From NCBI GenBank assembly GCA_024679065.1, contig JAGIQG010000004.1, positions 78,244,001-78,308,000 on the forward strand: 64,000 nucleotides of DNA, in the 5' to 3' direction. Of this stretch, positions 25,825-42,908 are shown piece after piece (the stretch's first letter is position 1; the number at the start of each line of letters is the position of its first letter). The position numbers and the translations under genes were made by a program. This DNA is from Sphyrna mokarran (taxonomy: Eukaryota). A model generated the notes under the pieces. That model was not told where the DNA came from. It ran no database searches and worked only from the letters and a program-made list of their open reading frames with translations.

Positions 25825-26303
25825 TGTTTATTGGTGTCACAAGTCAGTTTACATTAACACCACAATGATGTTACTATAAAAATCCTCTCACCACACTCCA
25901 GTGCCTGTTCGGGTACAGAAAGAGATAATGTAGCATATCAGTGCAACTAACCAGCGTATTCTTTGGACTGAGAGAGAAAACCAGAGCACCTAGAGGAAAC
26001 TCACACAAACGTGAAAAACGTGCAGACTCTGAGTGAATGGAATCAGCTGCCATCAGTGGTGGTAGGGGCGAACTCGCTGGGGTCTTTAAGAGATTTCTGG
26101 ATGAGTACATCGGATTTAATGGGATTGGGAGTTACAGATAGTTCTATGGCCTGGCAGGTACTGATACGATCGGCACAACTTGTGGGCCGAAGAGCCTGTT
26201 TGTGCTGTAGTGTTCTATGTTCTAAACAATGGCCTAAGCAAGGAATTGAACCCAGGTCCCTGGCGCTGTGAGGCAGCAGAGCTAACCACTGTACCATCGT
26301 GCT
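25825..26303 (-). mobile_element. HE1-type tRNA SINE with nested CR1 3' tail (about 26010-26225)
   Basis: Minus-strand head gcacgatggtacagtggttagctctgctgcctcacagcgccagggacctgggttcaattcc contains Pol III A/B boxes. Confidence 0.85.
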
Positions 26304-27158
26304 GTCTACATTGCCTCCTGCTTAAACAACACTGTAAATATGATGGAACCATCTGTATCAACATATACAGATCAAATGATTTTGGAGAAGTATATTAAAT
26401 AGAAATGCAGTACTGCAGTATGTTGATCAGATCTGTGAGCCAAACGTTGGAAGAGAAATAAATAAAGGCTTCCTCTTTTTAAATCACATTTAAGAAGCCA
26501 ACATGATCTGAGATTTTGGAATCTGAGCAGACATGTATCTGCCAATTGTACTCGTCGACCACATGAACAGAGATCATAAAAATTACAGATACAAGAGATG
26601 TAAACGGTTACATTGTTGCAATGTACCCTCTGTATTGGAGATTAAGGCACATGGTCAGTTCAAAGTAGAATTTTGTTTTATTCAACATGTTACAATTAAC
26701 TGGCAGCTAACGCAAATAGTATACATTAACAGAAGGAAATACACTTTCCCACAATAGTGGAATGCTTTACATATGGGCTCACAAATGGAGATTAAGCACT
26801 GAAGGACCAAAAGGTGACTGTTGCATGCCAAACTACATTGCAATTTCTCTGGAAAAGAGATGTGGAAAAATGAATGCAAAAACAGAACAAAATTAAAGGA
26901 AAGTGGCAGTTACAGTCCGCGTACCCAGGTCACTCTAACTGTCATAACAGAGTGATGGGAGGTGGCCTTGATATCCACAATATTGAGATTGGGAGCTCCA
27001 AGTGAGAATTATAAGCATGATTCCACACTAATTTTTTTTTTAAAAGGTATCGAAGCACTGGCTGTTTAGATGCATAATGCCAACTATTAAGATGCCTATG
27101 TTTGCTTTAATAATTTTTGATTTCTCAAAAAATGCTCAGTTAATTAGCTGCTACTCAC

Positions 27159-27300
27159 TAGCAAGTAGCCAGTTGTCCTTTTCCAGCTTTAATCTCTGCA
27201 GAACCCTGTGGGCATGCTCTAACTGCTTCTTTTCTTCTTCCTGGAGTTTATCTTGTAAAGCTGTGCAGCGCTCCTTTTCCTTCTTTTTCTTATTTAGTGG
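27159..27300 (-). CDS. THOC2: THOC2 window exon 19 ([47 protein letters not shown])
   Basis: tttaag| and |gtgagt, 142 nt. Confidence 0.96.
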
Positions 27301-27715
27301 CTTAAAAAAATGAGAAAGCTGTTAATGCAGCCTTGCAGCAGATAGATAAAAGTTGGAACTGAACACTTAAAACATTTCTTCAAATCCAACATTAGAGTTT
27401 CAGAATGTGTAACATGATTTTTTTTGTATTCATTTGAACACACGCAACATCAGACTTTCCGAATTTGCTTTCATTGAAACTGTGATCCTAACAAGTTAAA
27501 CTGATTCAGTGATTCGGTCTTCAAGCCTATAAGCAAATCTGTAATCACAATAATCAATTGTAATTGGCACTCTCAATATTTAATCAAGTACTTGATACAA
27601 ATGCTACAACATAAATTACTGACATTTGACTATGAACCATTTTTAAGGCAGCTAACACTGAAAACAAATTCAATGAATCCAATTGAAACCACAAGTTTAA
27701 TTTCTGTTTTCTTAC

Positions 27716-27991
27716 CATTTCTTGATTGTCATCAATTGCTTTCATTTGGACTTTCAATTTGTTCACTTCTCGATCATAACTTGTGCTGGGGACAGCAAGG
27801 TCATACATAGACAGAGACCAAAATGTGGCATAGAACTGGGGGCTGATGTCATCCCATACTTTAGGAGGATGAAGTGAAACCACAGCATCATGGACAGGTG
27901 CCATCACTAATTCACATGCATTGATGTATTTGTGAACTTTTTGTTGCTGTTTGTTCCCCTTTTCAGCTTTCTTCAGTTCATCATATTTGGA
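27716..27991 (-). CDS. THOC2: THOC2 window exon 18 ([12 protein letters not shown]...[18 protein letters not shown]...DDNQEM)
   Basis: ctctag| and |gtaaga, 276 nt. Confidence 0.96.
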
Positions 27992-28316
27992 CTAGAGAGA
28001 AACAAACAAATATTTACATTTTGTCAACACTTCAGCACTGAGATATAATAATTTTGCTACAGTAAGAAACAAATTAGTCCGCTGAACTTGTCCCTTGTGA
28101 GAGCTATTTACTTACATTCCATACTTCTGCTTTCTTATTTATTTAATGGTCCAGATCTTAAAGTCCCAGAAACAGCCTGCGTGGAGGATGCTGTAATTAA
28201 AATTTCTACACAGCTATATTGGAATTTTTGATTTGATGATGGCAAAGAAACCCTAGCTGTCATTGAGTTGAACACAGACCTTGAGGAGTGCTTTCTCAAT
28301 ATGTCGTGTCAAAAGG

Positions 28317-29950
28317 AGGCGTGATTTCACCATCACGATGCATCGCTGGTTGGTAGGTGACTGTTGGACCCATGATGCAGGCAGGATATTAAGTTCCCAC
28401 TGCAGCCTATTACCAAGATAGGATCATGCTTCTTCACAGTCAGCAGTGACTATCTCAACCTCACCACTGGCTGCAAGTTCTGGACCAATAAATTCATAAT
28501 TACACAAAGCAAACACAAGCTTGGTTCCGAGTATCAAAGCTTTGAAACTTATCTGATGATGGAGTAGTGCCCAAAATAGACTGATTCCAATAAACCTGTT
28601 GGTCTATTATCTCAGGTTGTAAGACTTCTTATTGAACACAAAATAGATCATTCAAACTAATGGAATCCATGATGGCGTTTAGCATTCACACAAGAAGCCA
28701 CACCAACTGACATTTATCAATTTTGCTTCCATATTTTTTCATCTGGCAATTTCTACTGCTTCTTTATTCCCTGTGTAATAAATTCTGAATCTCTTGCATT
28801 TAATTATTTCTTTATGGAAGTGGCTGTAGAATCATCAAACATGATGTTCCGATTGTGCGAAGCAGGAAGAAATAAGGGCATCTCTGTTACTCCTGCACAT
28901 GCGAACCCTTGCCCCCACCTGGCCTCCGTCCTCTAGCTTCTTTTTGGCCTCTCTCTCCTTGACTTTTTCATCAGAGGAGACGTTCACCATCATCAAAGAC
29001 ACTGCTGTGTCAAGTTAAATAAGGTATAGCATACTGCCATGACGCAGGAAACACAATGGAGATGTCCTGGAGGGTCACACTTGGCCAGTCAAGACAACAG
29101 GAGTGGTTTTTAAGGGACACCACTCAATCAGTGCCAGGTGGCACTGAGAGCTTTGGTGTAGTGGCCCTCCGCTTCAGTCTCAGATCCCCAAACTGCAGTC
29201 ATAAGCCATGATCTCAGTGGGTATCCCTTGTCCTCAGTGAGCCATCCTTGCGCTTTGGGCGACCTTAAAATATTGCAGAGATTTGAAATTGCCCATGGAT
29301 GAACTTATCATGCATGCTCCCTGGTAAACATGCATTATCCTCATCTGGTGATCACAGACCATCTGGACATGAGGAAAGTGAAACCCTTTCCTGTTTATAA
29401 ATGGGATTCCCTGATGTCACTGAGGGTAGTGCAATCAGTAAGTCTTCTGCACCTGTGGTGTACCAGCCATGATGCCAAATCTCATAGCCCTTGTCCTGAT
29501 GGGCCTGGTCTAGGTCGAAATTAGTGAAATCCGATGTACCACATAGAATGCATTTGTGACCTCAAGGATATATTCATGGGTGAATGACCGCGAAATGTCA
29601 TGTATGTCACTCACTGAATTCTGGAACAACCTGGTGGCATTCAGGACTGCCATGATCTCCATGGCCAAGTACCCTCTTAATACGTGTGGCACCAAGTCAG
29701 CAGGAATGTTGCAAAGGGATCAAGCGTCTCCCCGCCGAAGTGGAGTCTGTTGTGGCGCATCTTGACTGACAGCTTCATAAAGGATACCTGGATCTTATAA
29801 ACCTTTATAACTTCTGGTCCTGGAAGCAGGTAGTCCTACACAGTATCTGCTAGCTACCGCTCACCCACATATCTGATGCTCTTCCAAACTGCATCGTTTG
29901 ACTGGCCCTGGTGAATACCATCCTCTCCTTCAGAATTACCTCCAGCCTCC
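28317..29950 (-). mobile_element. Second PIF/Harbinger relic with decayed transposase (small Penelope end fragment at about 28490-28635)
   Basis: Minus-strand motifs INRKGFH..QMVCDHQMRIMHV and DKGYPLRSWLMT; TIR-like ggcgtgatttcacc at the left end. Confidence 0.8.
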
Positions 29951-31052
29951 AGTCTGGTTGGTCCATCCCCTAATCTCTGCATCACTGGGGGTTCAGGTAG
30001 ATGATCAACCATGATCTAACTGAATGACAGAATAGGCTGAATAGTCTACTCTCCCTTTGTTCCCAAAGTTATCAGGGTATCTGGAACTTTGAAGTTTGAA
30101 CAATAATTAACAACCTTGGAGAATTACCAAACTAGAGTCAAATCTCTGTTCATTGTTCTCTCAGGGACTGAAATCAACTAGTGTACAATGTTGATATCTA
30201 CCCAAGATGACAGAACCTCCAAGACAAGCAAAACAATTAGTCACAAAATGAATTCAAATACAAAAAATATTAAATAATCAGTAAAAAGCCCAGAAGTGGA
30301 AACATGCATTCTTTGTTCATTGTAGTATTAAGCAAAACAGCAAGTAAAATCAATTTAAAATAGAAAGCATTTTTAAAAAAGGCAAACTACCAATCTAACA
30401 GATTCTCATCATTTAAATTTTTTCCACATTTTAACAATATAAATTGTGTATTTTGCAGTGAAAATTGACTGAATTTCAGGCATAATTGAATTAAGGGAAC
30501 ACATGTGATATTGAACGAAGTTCAGAATTGCCCAAAGTGCATCAATATTTTGGTGATTTTACCTTCCTTATTTTGAGCTTTCAGTAACTATGCTGCATTG
30601 TCTCTGCCAATAGAACTAGCCCATTATGAAACAATCAAACTGTTGTCTGCAATACATTGAAGTGCTGAATTTTCTTGGGCTGAGACTCTAAGTTTTGTTT
30701 TCAGGAACTTCATATAACATGGGCCCCTGTCCAGATTGGCACTTACACAAGCACAAACATCATCGTACTGCAAAAGGAATAAATGAATAAGAAAACGTCT
30801 CCACCTGAGCCTCATTCTTCTGAAGCTATTAAATAGCTCAAGCATTAATTTAAAAACCAAACTGATTTATAGAGAGTTAGATTAAAAACATTTTAAACAT
30901 GGCTCAGAAAGTTTAAGTTTACATTTCCATCAATTTATTGGCTAACCAATGTTTAAAGTCCCATTTTATGTGACCTGAACTGCTGATAGATTGGTCTTCT
31001 TAAAGAAATATATAAATAACGGAAAAAATATCACCAACATAGTAACTTTTCA

Positions 31053-31340
<288 letters not shown>

Positions 31341-31882
31341 CTAAAAGAATGTTTGAAAGCGTAGACAATATTAATTTGACAGTGTTGCACCTGTCCTTCT
31401 GCAACTAGGTTTAAGTTACAAAATAAACTATTCAGACCGAAGGGGAAGAAATGAAAAAAATATCTACAGATTAATATTAGAGCACAGCATGCTTTACTTT
31501 TCTTCAAGACCATGGCAAAAGTAATCTCAAAGTAATGGAGAAGAAGTTCTTATGCACATCCTTCTCTTGTCCATACAGGCAGTACAGATTTGGAAGATGC
31601 TACAAAGTAAGTCTTGATGAATTACTGCAGCGTGTTCTCTTAACAGTACACAAGGTAACCAGGACATGCTGTTGGTGGTGGGAATTGACATTTAAGCTAC
31701 TCAACAACGTTTTCATCATTTAGATAATTCGTCCAGAAAATACACAGTATCTGTCAGTGTGAACCAACAAACTTGATGAAAAGAATTCTTGAAATAACTG
31801 TCAAGCAATTTTAGAATCCCATCACCCACAAAAATTATTAAACAATCATTAAACAAATCCCTTGTATACGTGCAACACTTAC

Positions 31883-32062
31883 CTGATCATACAATTTTCC
31901 AACTAATTTGAGGTGCTTCTCACCTCCCTCCTGGAAAATTACACCATTTCTCTGCTGAGCCATCAGGAGACAAAGTGGAAGTGCCAAATCATGGTCCAGC
32001 AGTGCATCTTTTAACCGCTGAGATGACTTCTTTGTGTTCCTAATCTGTCCAAAGTAGCCACC
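31883..32062 (-). CDS. THOC2: THOC2 window exon 16 ([40 protein letters not shown]...LVGKLYDQ)
   Basis: tttaag| and |gtaagt, 180 nt. Confidence 0.96.
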
Positions 32063-32741
32063 CTTAAAACAGAATCAAAAACATTTTACCATGATGAGCA
32101 AGTTTTTCACCAATGAAGAGTTTTACACCTTTTAATGTTACAAAAGAGATCCAACAAAATTATATCCTGTAGTTTAATAGCTAATCTCAGCATTGGCATC
32201 CAATAACAAAATAGAATATAACGCTATAAGAGGAATACACATCATACGCTATTTTCTCTTCTCTGTCCAATCCAAAATAATAATTGAAATTTACCATGAC
32301 GATAAAAGTTATGGTTTTCACATAGTAAATTGGAAAAGTGACACGTACCAAATATTTTTGGACCAACTTGATAACCTACTAAGAACACAAGTTACTCTAT
32401 TAAGGAAACAATCATAAAAAATGAAGATATTTCCTCTTGCTACTACTACTTAAGCCAATCAAGAATGCAATTTAAATTGGCAAAAGTTACAACCCACCCA
32501 ATGTTAAGACAATTTTGCAACCTGATTAGACCTGAGAGAAATGGTACATTGTGAAATTCCAAGTACCTATGTTTCTGAAATGCCAAGTTCATGATCCCAT
32601 TTATTTCAAAGCAGAGCCCAGCAGACTCCAATCCACATATCTAAATGGATTTTATTTTCTATTACTCAAGTTACAGCAGATTTTTAAAGTGAATTTGCCA
32701 ATGTTTGGTCAGTTGCCCTACATAACCTTTTACAAATGTCA

Positions 32742-32966
<225 letters not shown>

Positions 32967-33162
32967 CTAAAAATGAAGACAGAATATTTACTACATAAAT
33001 TAACTTGAACTCCAAAATTGTTTGCTCCTTACATTCTAGTAATTCATTCAGAAAAGGTTAAAATTACAAAGATTCAGACATGATTTGGAGGCAAAAACTG
33101 CCTTAATCTTCTAATCTCAAATTTGTCTCCCTGCGGATATGCCCCCCCTCCTGCAAAAGCAT

Positions 33163-33357
33163 TAAAAAGTCTCACAACACCAGGTTACAGTCCAACAGGT
33201 TTATTTGGAATCACGAGTTTTCTGAGCGCTGAGTCTGAGGAGCATCATAAGCAGCGCTCTGAAAGCTCCTAATTCCAAATAAACTGTTGAACTTCAACCT
33301 AGGGTTGTGAGACTTCTAATTATGCCCTCTCCAGTCCAAAGCCAGCATCTCCACATG
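33163..33357. mobile_element. Short palindromic Penelope-derived element
   Basis: aagtctcacaacaccaggttacagtccaacaggtttatttggaat is mirrored by attccaaataaactgttgaacttcaacctagggttgtgagactt, then the tail ccagtccaaagccagcatctccacatg. Confidence 0.8.
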
Positions 33358-33676
33358 AAAAACAAATAGAAGTGATGCAACCATACACATACAAGGCAAC
33401 TGGTAAGCTGTAGGTCAGTACTTCGAAGAGGTGCAAAATAAAGGTTTCTGCTGAAATTAGTTTTTGACAAAAAAAGTAGCAACTAAAGTTAACAAGATTT
33501 ATTTCATTAATTACATAAGTTACAGCTATTATTTTAATCAAGATTAAAACTTGCAGAAACCACATTACAGAGTACACAGTTTTTGGATGTTGGTTTGCTC
33601 AGAAATCAAATTTGTCAAATGATACCCAAACTTCATGATACAACCCTAACATTTTTGAGGCATACAATAACCATAC

Positions 33677-33773
33677 CTTTTCCCAGCTTTTAATTGGTTT
33701 GCCACATACTGCAGGAGACCGGTAAGTTCTATGGGATATTTTCTGAAAATTGCACCACAAAAACTCGCCAGAC
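33677..33773 (-). CDS. THOC2: THOC2 window exon 14 ([32 protein letters not shown])
   Basis: gaacag| and |gtatgg, 97 nt. Confidence 0.95.
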
Positions 33774-33979
33774 CTGTTCATAGAAATAAAGAAATGTTTT
33801 CTTCATACCATTACAAAAAAAAGCAATCTTAGTATGATAATGGTGAAATATTTCGTTAAATAAATAAAACCAACGAATCTTGGGAGTTTGAATGAAAAAT
33901 ATGCTGGAAATATAACCATGTGAATTTAAAAAAAAACCATGTTAAGTAGAATTTATACTCGAAGGTAGGCGCTCTATCC

Positions 33980-34222
33980 AGCATAGTAACACAATAATTA
34001 GTACTGCTGCTTCACAGCGCCAGAGACCCGGGTTCAATTCCCTGCTTGGGTCACTATCTGTATGAAGTTTGCACTTTCTCCCTGTGTCTGCATTGGTTTC
34101 CTCCCACATTCTGAAAAACATGCTGGTCAGGTGCATTGAGCCAAACAGGCACCACTCTGTGGTGACTGGGGAAATTTCACAGCAACTTCATTGCAGTGTT
34201 AATGTTAGTCTTACTTGTGACA
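33980..34222 (+). mobile_element. HE1-type tRNA SINE
   Basis: gctgcttcacagcgccagagacccgggttcaattccc B-box head and V-domain-like gaagtttgcactttctccctgtgtctgc. Confidence 0.85.
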
Positions 34223-34295
34223 AACTCTAAACTTTCTTTTCAAGAGAACAGTCTTGTATTTCTAACAATTTCTATCTCAACTTTACTGAATTCTA

Positions 34296-36092
<1,797 letters not shown>

Positions 36093-37132
36093 TTACAAGA
36101 GAACCTATTACACTGCAAACTGGTTACTGTTTAGTTTTTTTAATTACATACTACAACATGAGAAAGAGTCGTCGTTGAATCATTGGATATTTGTCTTATA
36201 TTAAAAAAAGAATTAAAACTAATTTTACACGCAAGAATAGTAAAAGGCAATAAATTAAATTACAGATGTGGAAGTAGATAATCCATTGTTGAACTGTGTT
36301 GAACATAAAGAAAGGGTTACTCTTCCATTTATATTGTGCCTTTCAATCCTCAACACCCTAAAGTATCTTTCAGACAAATGCCATTTGCAACGTAATGCAG
36401 ACAAAGGCAGCAGCTAAATTGCAAACAGGAAATCACTGAGATAATCAGCAAGTATTCTGCTCCATTAAACTATCTGAATACATGACTCAAGCCTCGAACC
36501 CACAATTTTTGACTGAAAGGTAAACACGCTATCCCTACGCCAAGGTGAATATCTTAAAGCAAATTAAATATACATGACCTGTATATTTAAATTCTGCTCA
36601 TTTAATTATTGGAACTGAAATTGAAGATGGAAGGAATGAAGAAATAATTTTCAGCTTTTTAATGTCATTCTTTAAGTTAAGCTTATACAATAAAAATACA
36701 GCAATCTGGTAATGAGTCAAAAGCACAGTCACCATTTAGTTGTATTAAACAACTTAGTGCATCTACCAGCCTTTTTTAAATCCTGCCCTTTTCAAAACTG
36801 AATTCCAAAATATTTGCAATATCAGTGGCCTTTGCGCTCAACACAGTGTAATACCATGCTATGATGGAGAAGTCAAATCTGTGGCAAAAATGAACTCTTA
36901 ATTCACATAGATGTGAAGTGAAGAATTTTACATAATGCTGAAAACATTAGGAATTGGATCGAGTCTCAGCAAACCAGATGCTTATAGCTAGCAGTGAGGG
37001 GGATTGTTTCATCTCTTAGATATAACCAACATTCAAATCCAGATGCTAGAATAATAAGTTATCTCATTTAAAATACACCTAGATCACCCAAAATAAACCA
37101 TTATATTTTCATCTGGATGCATTTAATTTTCA

Positions 37133-37348
<216 letters not shown>

Positions 37349-37889
37349 TCAGAATTAAATAACATTTTCATTAAAACTTCCACATCACGAAGACAGTGAT
37401 TTGCAGCACTGACTAGATGCTTAATAAAAAGGGAGAAAGAGAAAGCTCATTCAGAAAGCATTTTTTTTTATTTGATGGGAAAAATCAATCAACCCTAACG
37501 TGCAACCTTTACAAAGTGGTTTACACTATAACTACAAAACTCAATTAAATGTAAAAACCATCAACATTAAATATAACTATGTAATCCTAATTTTTTTCAA
37601 TGCACACGGAAGCATTTCAGGGTGTTTCACATTACCATTAAAATGTGCACAAAGTTCCCCAAAAAATGCTTAATTGCTGATACTGGGCAGGATCTAACGG
37701 GTTTTTTTCTACTCCTATAAATTCCCACATTATCAAATTTATTAAATCAAAAGCATCTTGAACAAAAACAAATTTCACCAACACCATACGTAAAAGGATA
37801 CATCCATATGATCCAAAAATCAGAGTATTACTCTTTCACTGACTCAATACATTCAGCCAACAAAAAGGACCAATGGATGCCAGAGACAC

Positions 37890-38500
37890 TGAGCCCGATT
37901 TACTATCATATTGCACCCATTTTTAGCCACAAAAACTTGGTAAAGTTGGACATGAGGCAACTAGCACAATCCACGGCCATCTCCGTGCTGGTTCCTCCTC
38001 TACCAAGGCCCAAAAATGGCCATGATCGGGACCGCGCCCAAAACAGGAACAATGGTTGCTTAAATGCATTTGCATGCATTTAAATTAACTGACTAGGCTG
38101 CATGGCCCAACTTTACTGGCACTTTCCCATTTACCACTGCATTCACCCATCCGGAATCGGCATGAAACAGACATGCTCCATACAAGTCCGATTCAGGCGT
38201 TCCATCTGGAGCGAGGATCCCTCTGCCTGAGATCAGTGAGGGGAGGGAGGTATGTCTGTGGAGGCCAGAGGGATGTGACATATGGCAGGGGAGCAGCATT
38301 CTTATCTTTTCTCTTCTGTGCATGTGCAATTAGAAGTGCCAATCGAAGCTGCAGGGTTTCGGGTATGTTAAGCCACACCCACAGGTGTGTGCAGCACAAT
38401 TCGGACCCGCTGATATTTTTGCAGGCAGAATGTGTATGGAGGGTGCCTCAGAACAGGTCTAAAAGTCACCATCTGAAACACTCCTGGTACTGCACAAGCA
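37890..38500 (+). mobile_element. Internally deleted copy of the 12370-14588 Harbinger family, opposite orientation
   Basis: caactttactggcactttccc...gaaacagacatgctcc and ttaagccacacccacagg...tttttgcagg...ggtctaaaagtca match the reverse complement of both ends of the 12370-14588 element. Confidence 0.8.
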
Positions 38501-39374
38501 GAATATGGCACAATTGTTGCTATCCTTGTTCAGGTCTGTGGGGTGGAATTTTACCATCCAGCCCATCACAAGAATCGTAGACAGGACCATGCAAAGCTGT
38601 GTTGACCTTAGGCAGGATTTTCAGGCTGGAAAATCCCACGCGTGGAAAACATTCACTATTTTGCAGATGGGTTCATTTACATGCCCACGACAGCCCCGTT
38701 GCAAAAGCGCTTCATAATCAGCACTGTCTCTCTTCATGATTTACCCCTATAAGTGTCTTACTATCACTCAATCTAAAGTCTCCTGAGGCCCAAGATCTTC
38801 AGCTCTAATTGCAGAAAGGTATAATAACCATCAAAAAGATAATCAAACTTTTTCAGAATCAAAAGGCTGAAAAGATTTCTGCCAATGCCTTGCACAACTG
38901 ATAAAAGTGCAACCATTTCAATATTGCTCTCGTAAATTACAAGATCCAATCTAATAATGTAAAAATGGCTGTCTCAAAACCTCAAACCAGGTTCTGTTTC
39001 AAAAATCCCACTGATCCCATAAATGCATCCTACATTCCAGGTAAGAACTTCAATCTCATTGCTATCTGAAAATTCTTTCATATGTGCCTTGAATAATATT
39101 GCGAAAGTTCATTTAAAATATAACGTCAAATGGCAGAAAATGGTGCTGTTCTAAATTGCACGGTCTGGAAACCGCAATCTGAATTACAAAACATCAGCTA
39201 TTTGCAGAAAATCAGCATACAATATCAGCAGCAAAAAAATGTCTTTACTGTTACCAGTGCACAACTCATAATTCTCATGGACATTTCTACTTCAGTAAAC
39301 ACAATATAAGATTATGGCAATAGTTCACGACTGCCACTTTTCATTTCCTTTGCTTAAAACTGTTTAATTGATAT

Positions 39375-41480
39375 CAGTAAGAAGTCTCACAACACCAGGT
39401 TAAAATACAACAGGTTTATTTGGGAGCAAAAGCCGCTAGCTTCTGGCACGCTGCTCCTTTGTCAGATAAGTGGGAGTTCTGTTCACAAACAGGGCATATA
39501 AAGACACAAACTCAATTTACAAAATCATGATTGGAATACGGGTCTTGACAGGCAATCAAATTTTAAAGGTACAAACAACATGAGTGGAGAGAGGGTGAAG
39601 CATAGGTTAAAGAGATGTTTATTGTTTCCAGCCGGGACAGTTAGTGAGATTTTGCAAACCCAGGCAAGTCATTAGGGTTATGGATAGTGTGACATGAACC
39701 CAAGATCCCGGTTGAGGCTCTCCTCATGTGTGCGGAACTTGGGTATCAGTCCCTGCTCAGCAACTCTGCATTGTCGTGTGTCGTTAAAGCCGCCTTGGAA
39801 ACGCTCACCCTAAGATCAGATGCCAAATGCCCGCAACCGCTGAAGTGTTCACCAACAGAAAGAGAACATTCTTGCCTGGTGATTGTCGAGCAGCGTTCAT
39901 TCATCCATTGTCATGGTGCCCGCATGGTCTCCCCAACGTACCGTGCCTCAGAACATCCTTTCCTGCAGTGTATCAGGTGGACAATGTTAACCAAGTTGCA
40001 AGAGTATGTTACCATGTACACCTGATAGGTGGTGTTCTCACATGAGATAACGGCGTCAATGTCAACGGTCGGCACATATTGCAGAGATTGCTGTGGCAAG
40101 GTTGTGTGGTGTCGTGGTCCTGAAGACTGAACAGTTTGCTGTGGCCAATGATCTGTTTGAGGTTGTGCGATTGTTTGAGGGCAAGAAGTGGGGTTGTGGG
40201 GATGGCCTTGTCGAGATCGTCTTCATCAAGAAGATGTTGAAGCTCCTGAGATGTCGTAGCTTTTCCGCTCCAGGGAGGCACTGTATGATGAAGGGTACTC
40301 TGTTCGCTGTGTCCCATATTTGTCTTCTAAGGAGGTCAGTGCGTTTTTTTTTGCTGTGGCGCATCGGAACTGTCAATGAGTCGAGTGCCATATCCTGTTA
40401 TGAGGGCATCTTTCAGCATCTGGAAGTGTCTGTTGCAATCCTCGTCATCTAAGCAGATCCTGAGTATATGGAGGGCTTGTCCATAGGGGATGGCTTCTTC
40501 AACGTGTTTAGGGTGGAAGCTGGAGAAGTGGCGTACCATGAGGTTATCATTAGGCTTGCGGTATGGTCAAGTGCTGAGGTGACCATCCCTGATGGAGATG
40601 TGTGTAGCCAAGAATGTAACTGATTCCAGAGAGCACTCCATAGTAAGTCTGATGGTGGGATGGAACTTGTACTTGTTTCCCTGATTGTTCAAAGGAAAAA
40701 ATATTGACGTATCTAATTTATAGCATCAGTTGAAGGGGTCTTGTTCGAACCTGCGCATGAAGATGTTGGCATATTGAGCTGCAAATTTGGTCTCCATGGC
40801 TGTTCCAGATGTCTGGATGAAGATCCATTGTTGAAGCTTACATTGTGGTCCAGGACGAAGCAGATGAGTTGTAAAATCACACGTGGGAATTGTCAGTTGT
40901 CGGCGTTGAGTACTGAGGCAGTTGTAGCAATGCCATCGTCATGGGGGATATTGGCGTACAATGCGAAGACATCCATTGTGATGAGAAGTGTCCCTGGTTC
41001 AAGTGCTCTACGTGAGCTGAGTTTCTGCAAGAAGTCCATAGTGTTGCAACAAAAGCTGGGGGTTCTTTGTACAATGGGTTTCAGGTGCTCTTGAAGTAGC
41101 CAGAGAGGTTCTCGTACAGGGTCCCGTTGCTTGATACGATGGGACAACTGGATATGTTTGCCTTATGTATTTTCAGGAGTGAAAATCTCCAGTGCAGGAA
41201 GTATGCGGGATGAGAGCATGGAAGTGTGCTCTGAAAATCCAGATCAAAGGTCTTGATCAGTCTATTGACTTACAGGTGTGTTCTTTGGTCAGATCTGCGA
41301 CTAACTATCTGCTTGTAGTGTTTCTCATTGTTCAGCTGTCAGTACATTTCTTTGCAGTGATCCGTTCTGTTTAGTATGACGATGGCCCCTCCTTTGCTGG
41401 TTAGATGACAATGTTGTGGTTGGTGTTGAGAGCACGGATGGCGTTGCATTGTGCTTGGGTGATGTTCAGGGCTGTCGGGT
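39375..41480 (-). mobile_element. Large decayed Penelope-like retroelement (RT plus GIY-YIG)
   Basis: Frameshifted peptides LITMDVFALYANIPHDDG (RT), HFSSFHPKHVEEAIPYGQALHILRIC (thumb) and SCNLVNIVHLIHCRKGCSEARYVGET (GIY-YIG); terminal repeat at about 39375-39720. Confidence 0.92.
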
Positions 41481-42587
41481 GAGTATAGCTGATAAACCTG
41501 GTGCTGTCACACCTCCTGACGGCTTCAGCACACATGTCAAGTCAAGAGCAGCAGCCTTGTGGAGGAGTCCAATTCGATTGCTGCACTCTGTCGGCTGTTC
41601 CATTTCATAGGCTGTCTCATTGTACTCACTGTTGGCCTCTTGGGTTTGTGGAAGAATTCCCGCAGCCTTATACATCTCCATATACTTGCTATTACAGAAT
41701 AGTTGAAACAAATTCAGTTTAAAGATTACATTTTCTCAACACATTTTGAAAGCCTTGTTTTAGTTTTAGCAGTGTACTAAATTGTAATAAAATCTGAACT
41801 ATAATTAGTAACGCTACTCTAAAGATCTGCTACTAACCATAATAAACCAAGCAAAAATAATTAAATACATTAAATCAGAGGTGGAAGAGAGAGAAGAATT
41901 TATACATACAATCTTGCACATTCACAACATCACAAAAGACAACTGTTCACGTATAAATTGTTGGCATGATTATGTAAGCTTACAGAGACAAATTTTCATG
42001 GAGCATTGCCCCACATGCAGCAATTAGATAATTATTTAAGATAACCACTTAATCTGTTTTGACATGCTGGGTGCAAGAGAATGGATCCCAGAAGAATTCC
42101 ACCAACTTTAATCTATTAGCCCTTTGAGATTTTTATGCTCACTTACACAAAATGAGGCCTCATATACGCTATTGCCACATCGATCATAAAACTCTTCAAC
42201 CAAGACACCACTCATAAACAAACAGAACAGCATCGATATTTGAAATCAAAAAGAAATTTCAAGTTTTAAAAAAAGAATGCTTGCAACTCTCTGAATATGT
42301 GGAGAGGGAAATCCAAGTCTTTTAATCATTATTTAATAATCTTACCACAAAAAAATGAAGTAGCGTGGCTTAATCAACATTGATTTTTATTTCCGAAATG
42401 TGAGTTACCAGACCATCACTTGTTCCCATAAAATAGTTTGCAATAATCTATGAATTTTAAAATGGCATGTTTTCCAAGTGGGGAAAAAAGCAATAACTTT
42501 TCTCATCACTATATCATGAAATAATACGACATTCCGTAATGATCTTTGTTCCAGCTGATTTATTTGAATATAAGTTATAAAAACTTA

Positions 42588-42728
<141 letters not shown>

Positions 42729-42777
42729 CTACACAATAATAAATCAATATGTTTGAATATTCTTCTATGATAATCAC

Positions 42778-42908
42778 CTATACTGGTATGGAAATGTTTT
42801 CAACATTCCCCAAAGCTCTTCGGACATGCACGCATTGGAGTCCATTAAAGTAAGGGAAGGTAGCAGTACCTGATCTGCAATACTGAGAAAACAACTCACG
42901 AGTGACTC
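42778..42908 (-). CDS. THOC2: THOC2 window exon 9 ([43 protein letters not shown])
   Basis: ctacag| and |gtgatt, 131 nt. Confidence 0.96.
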
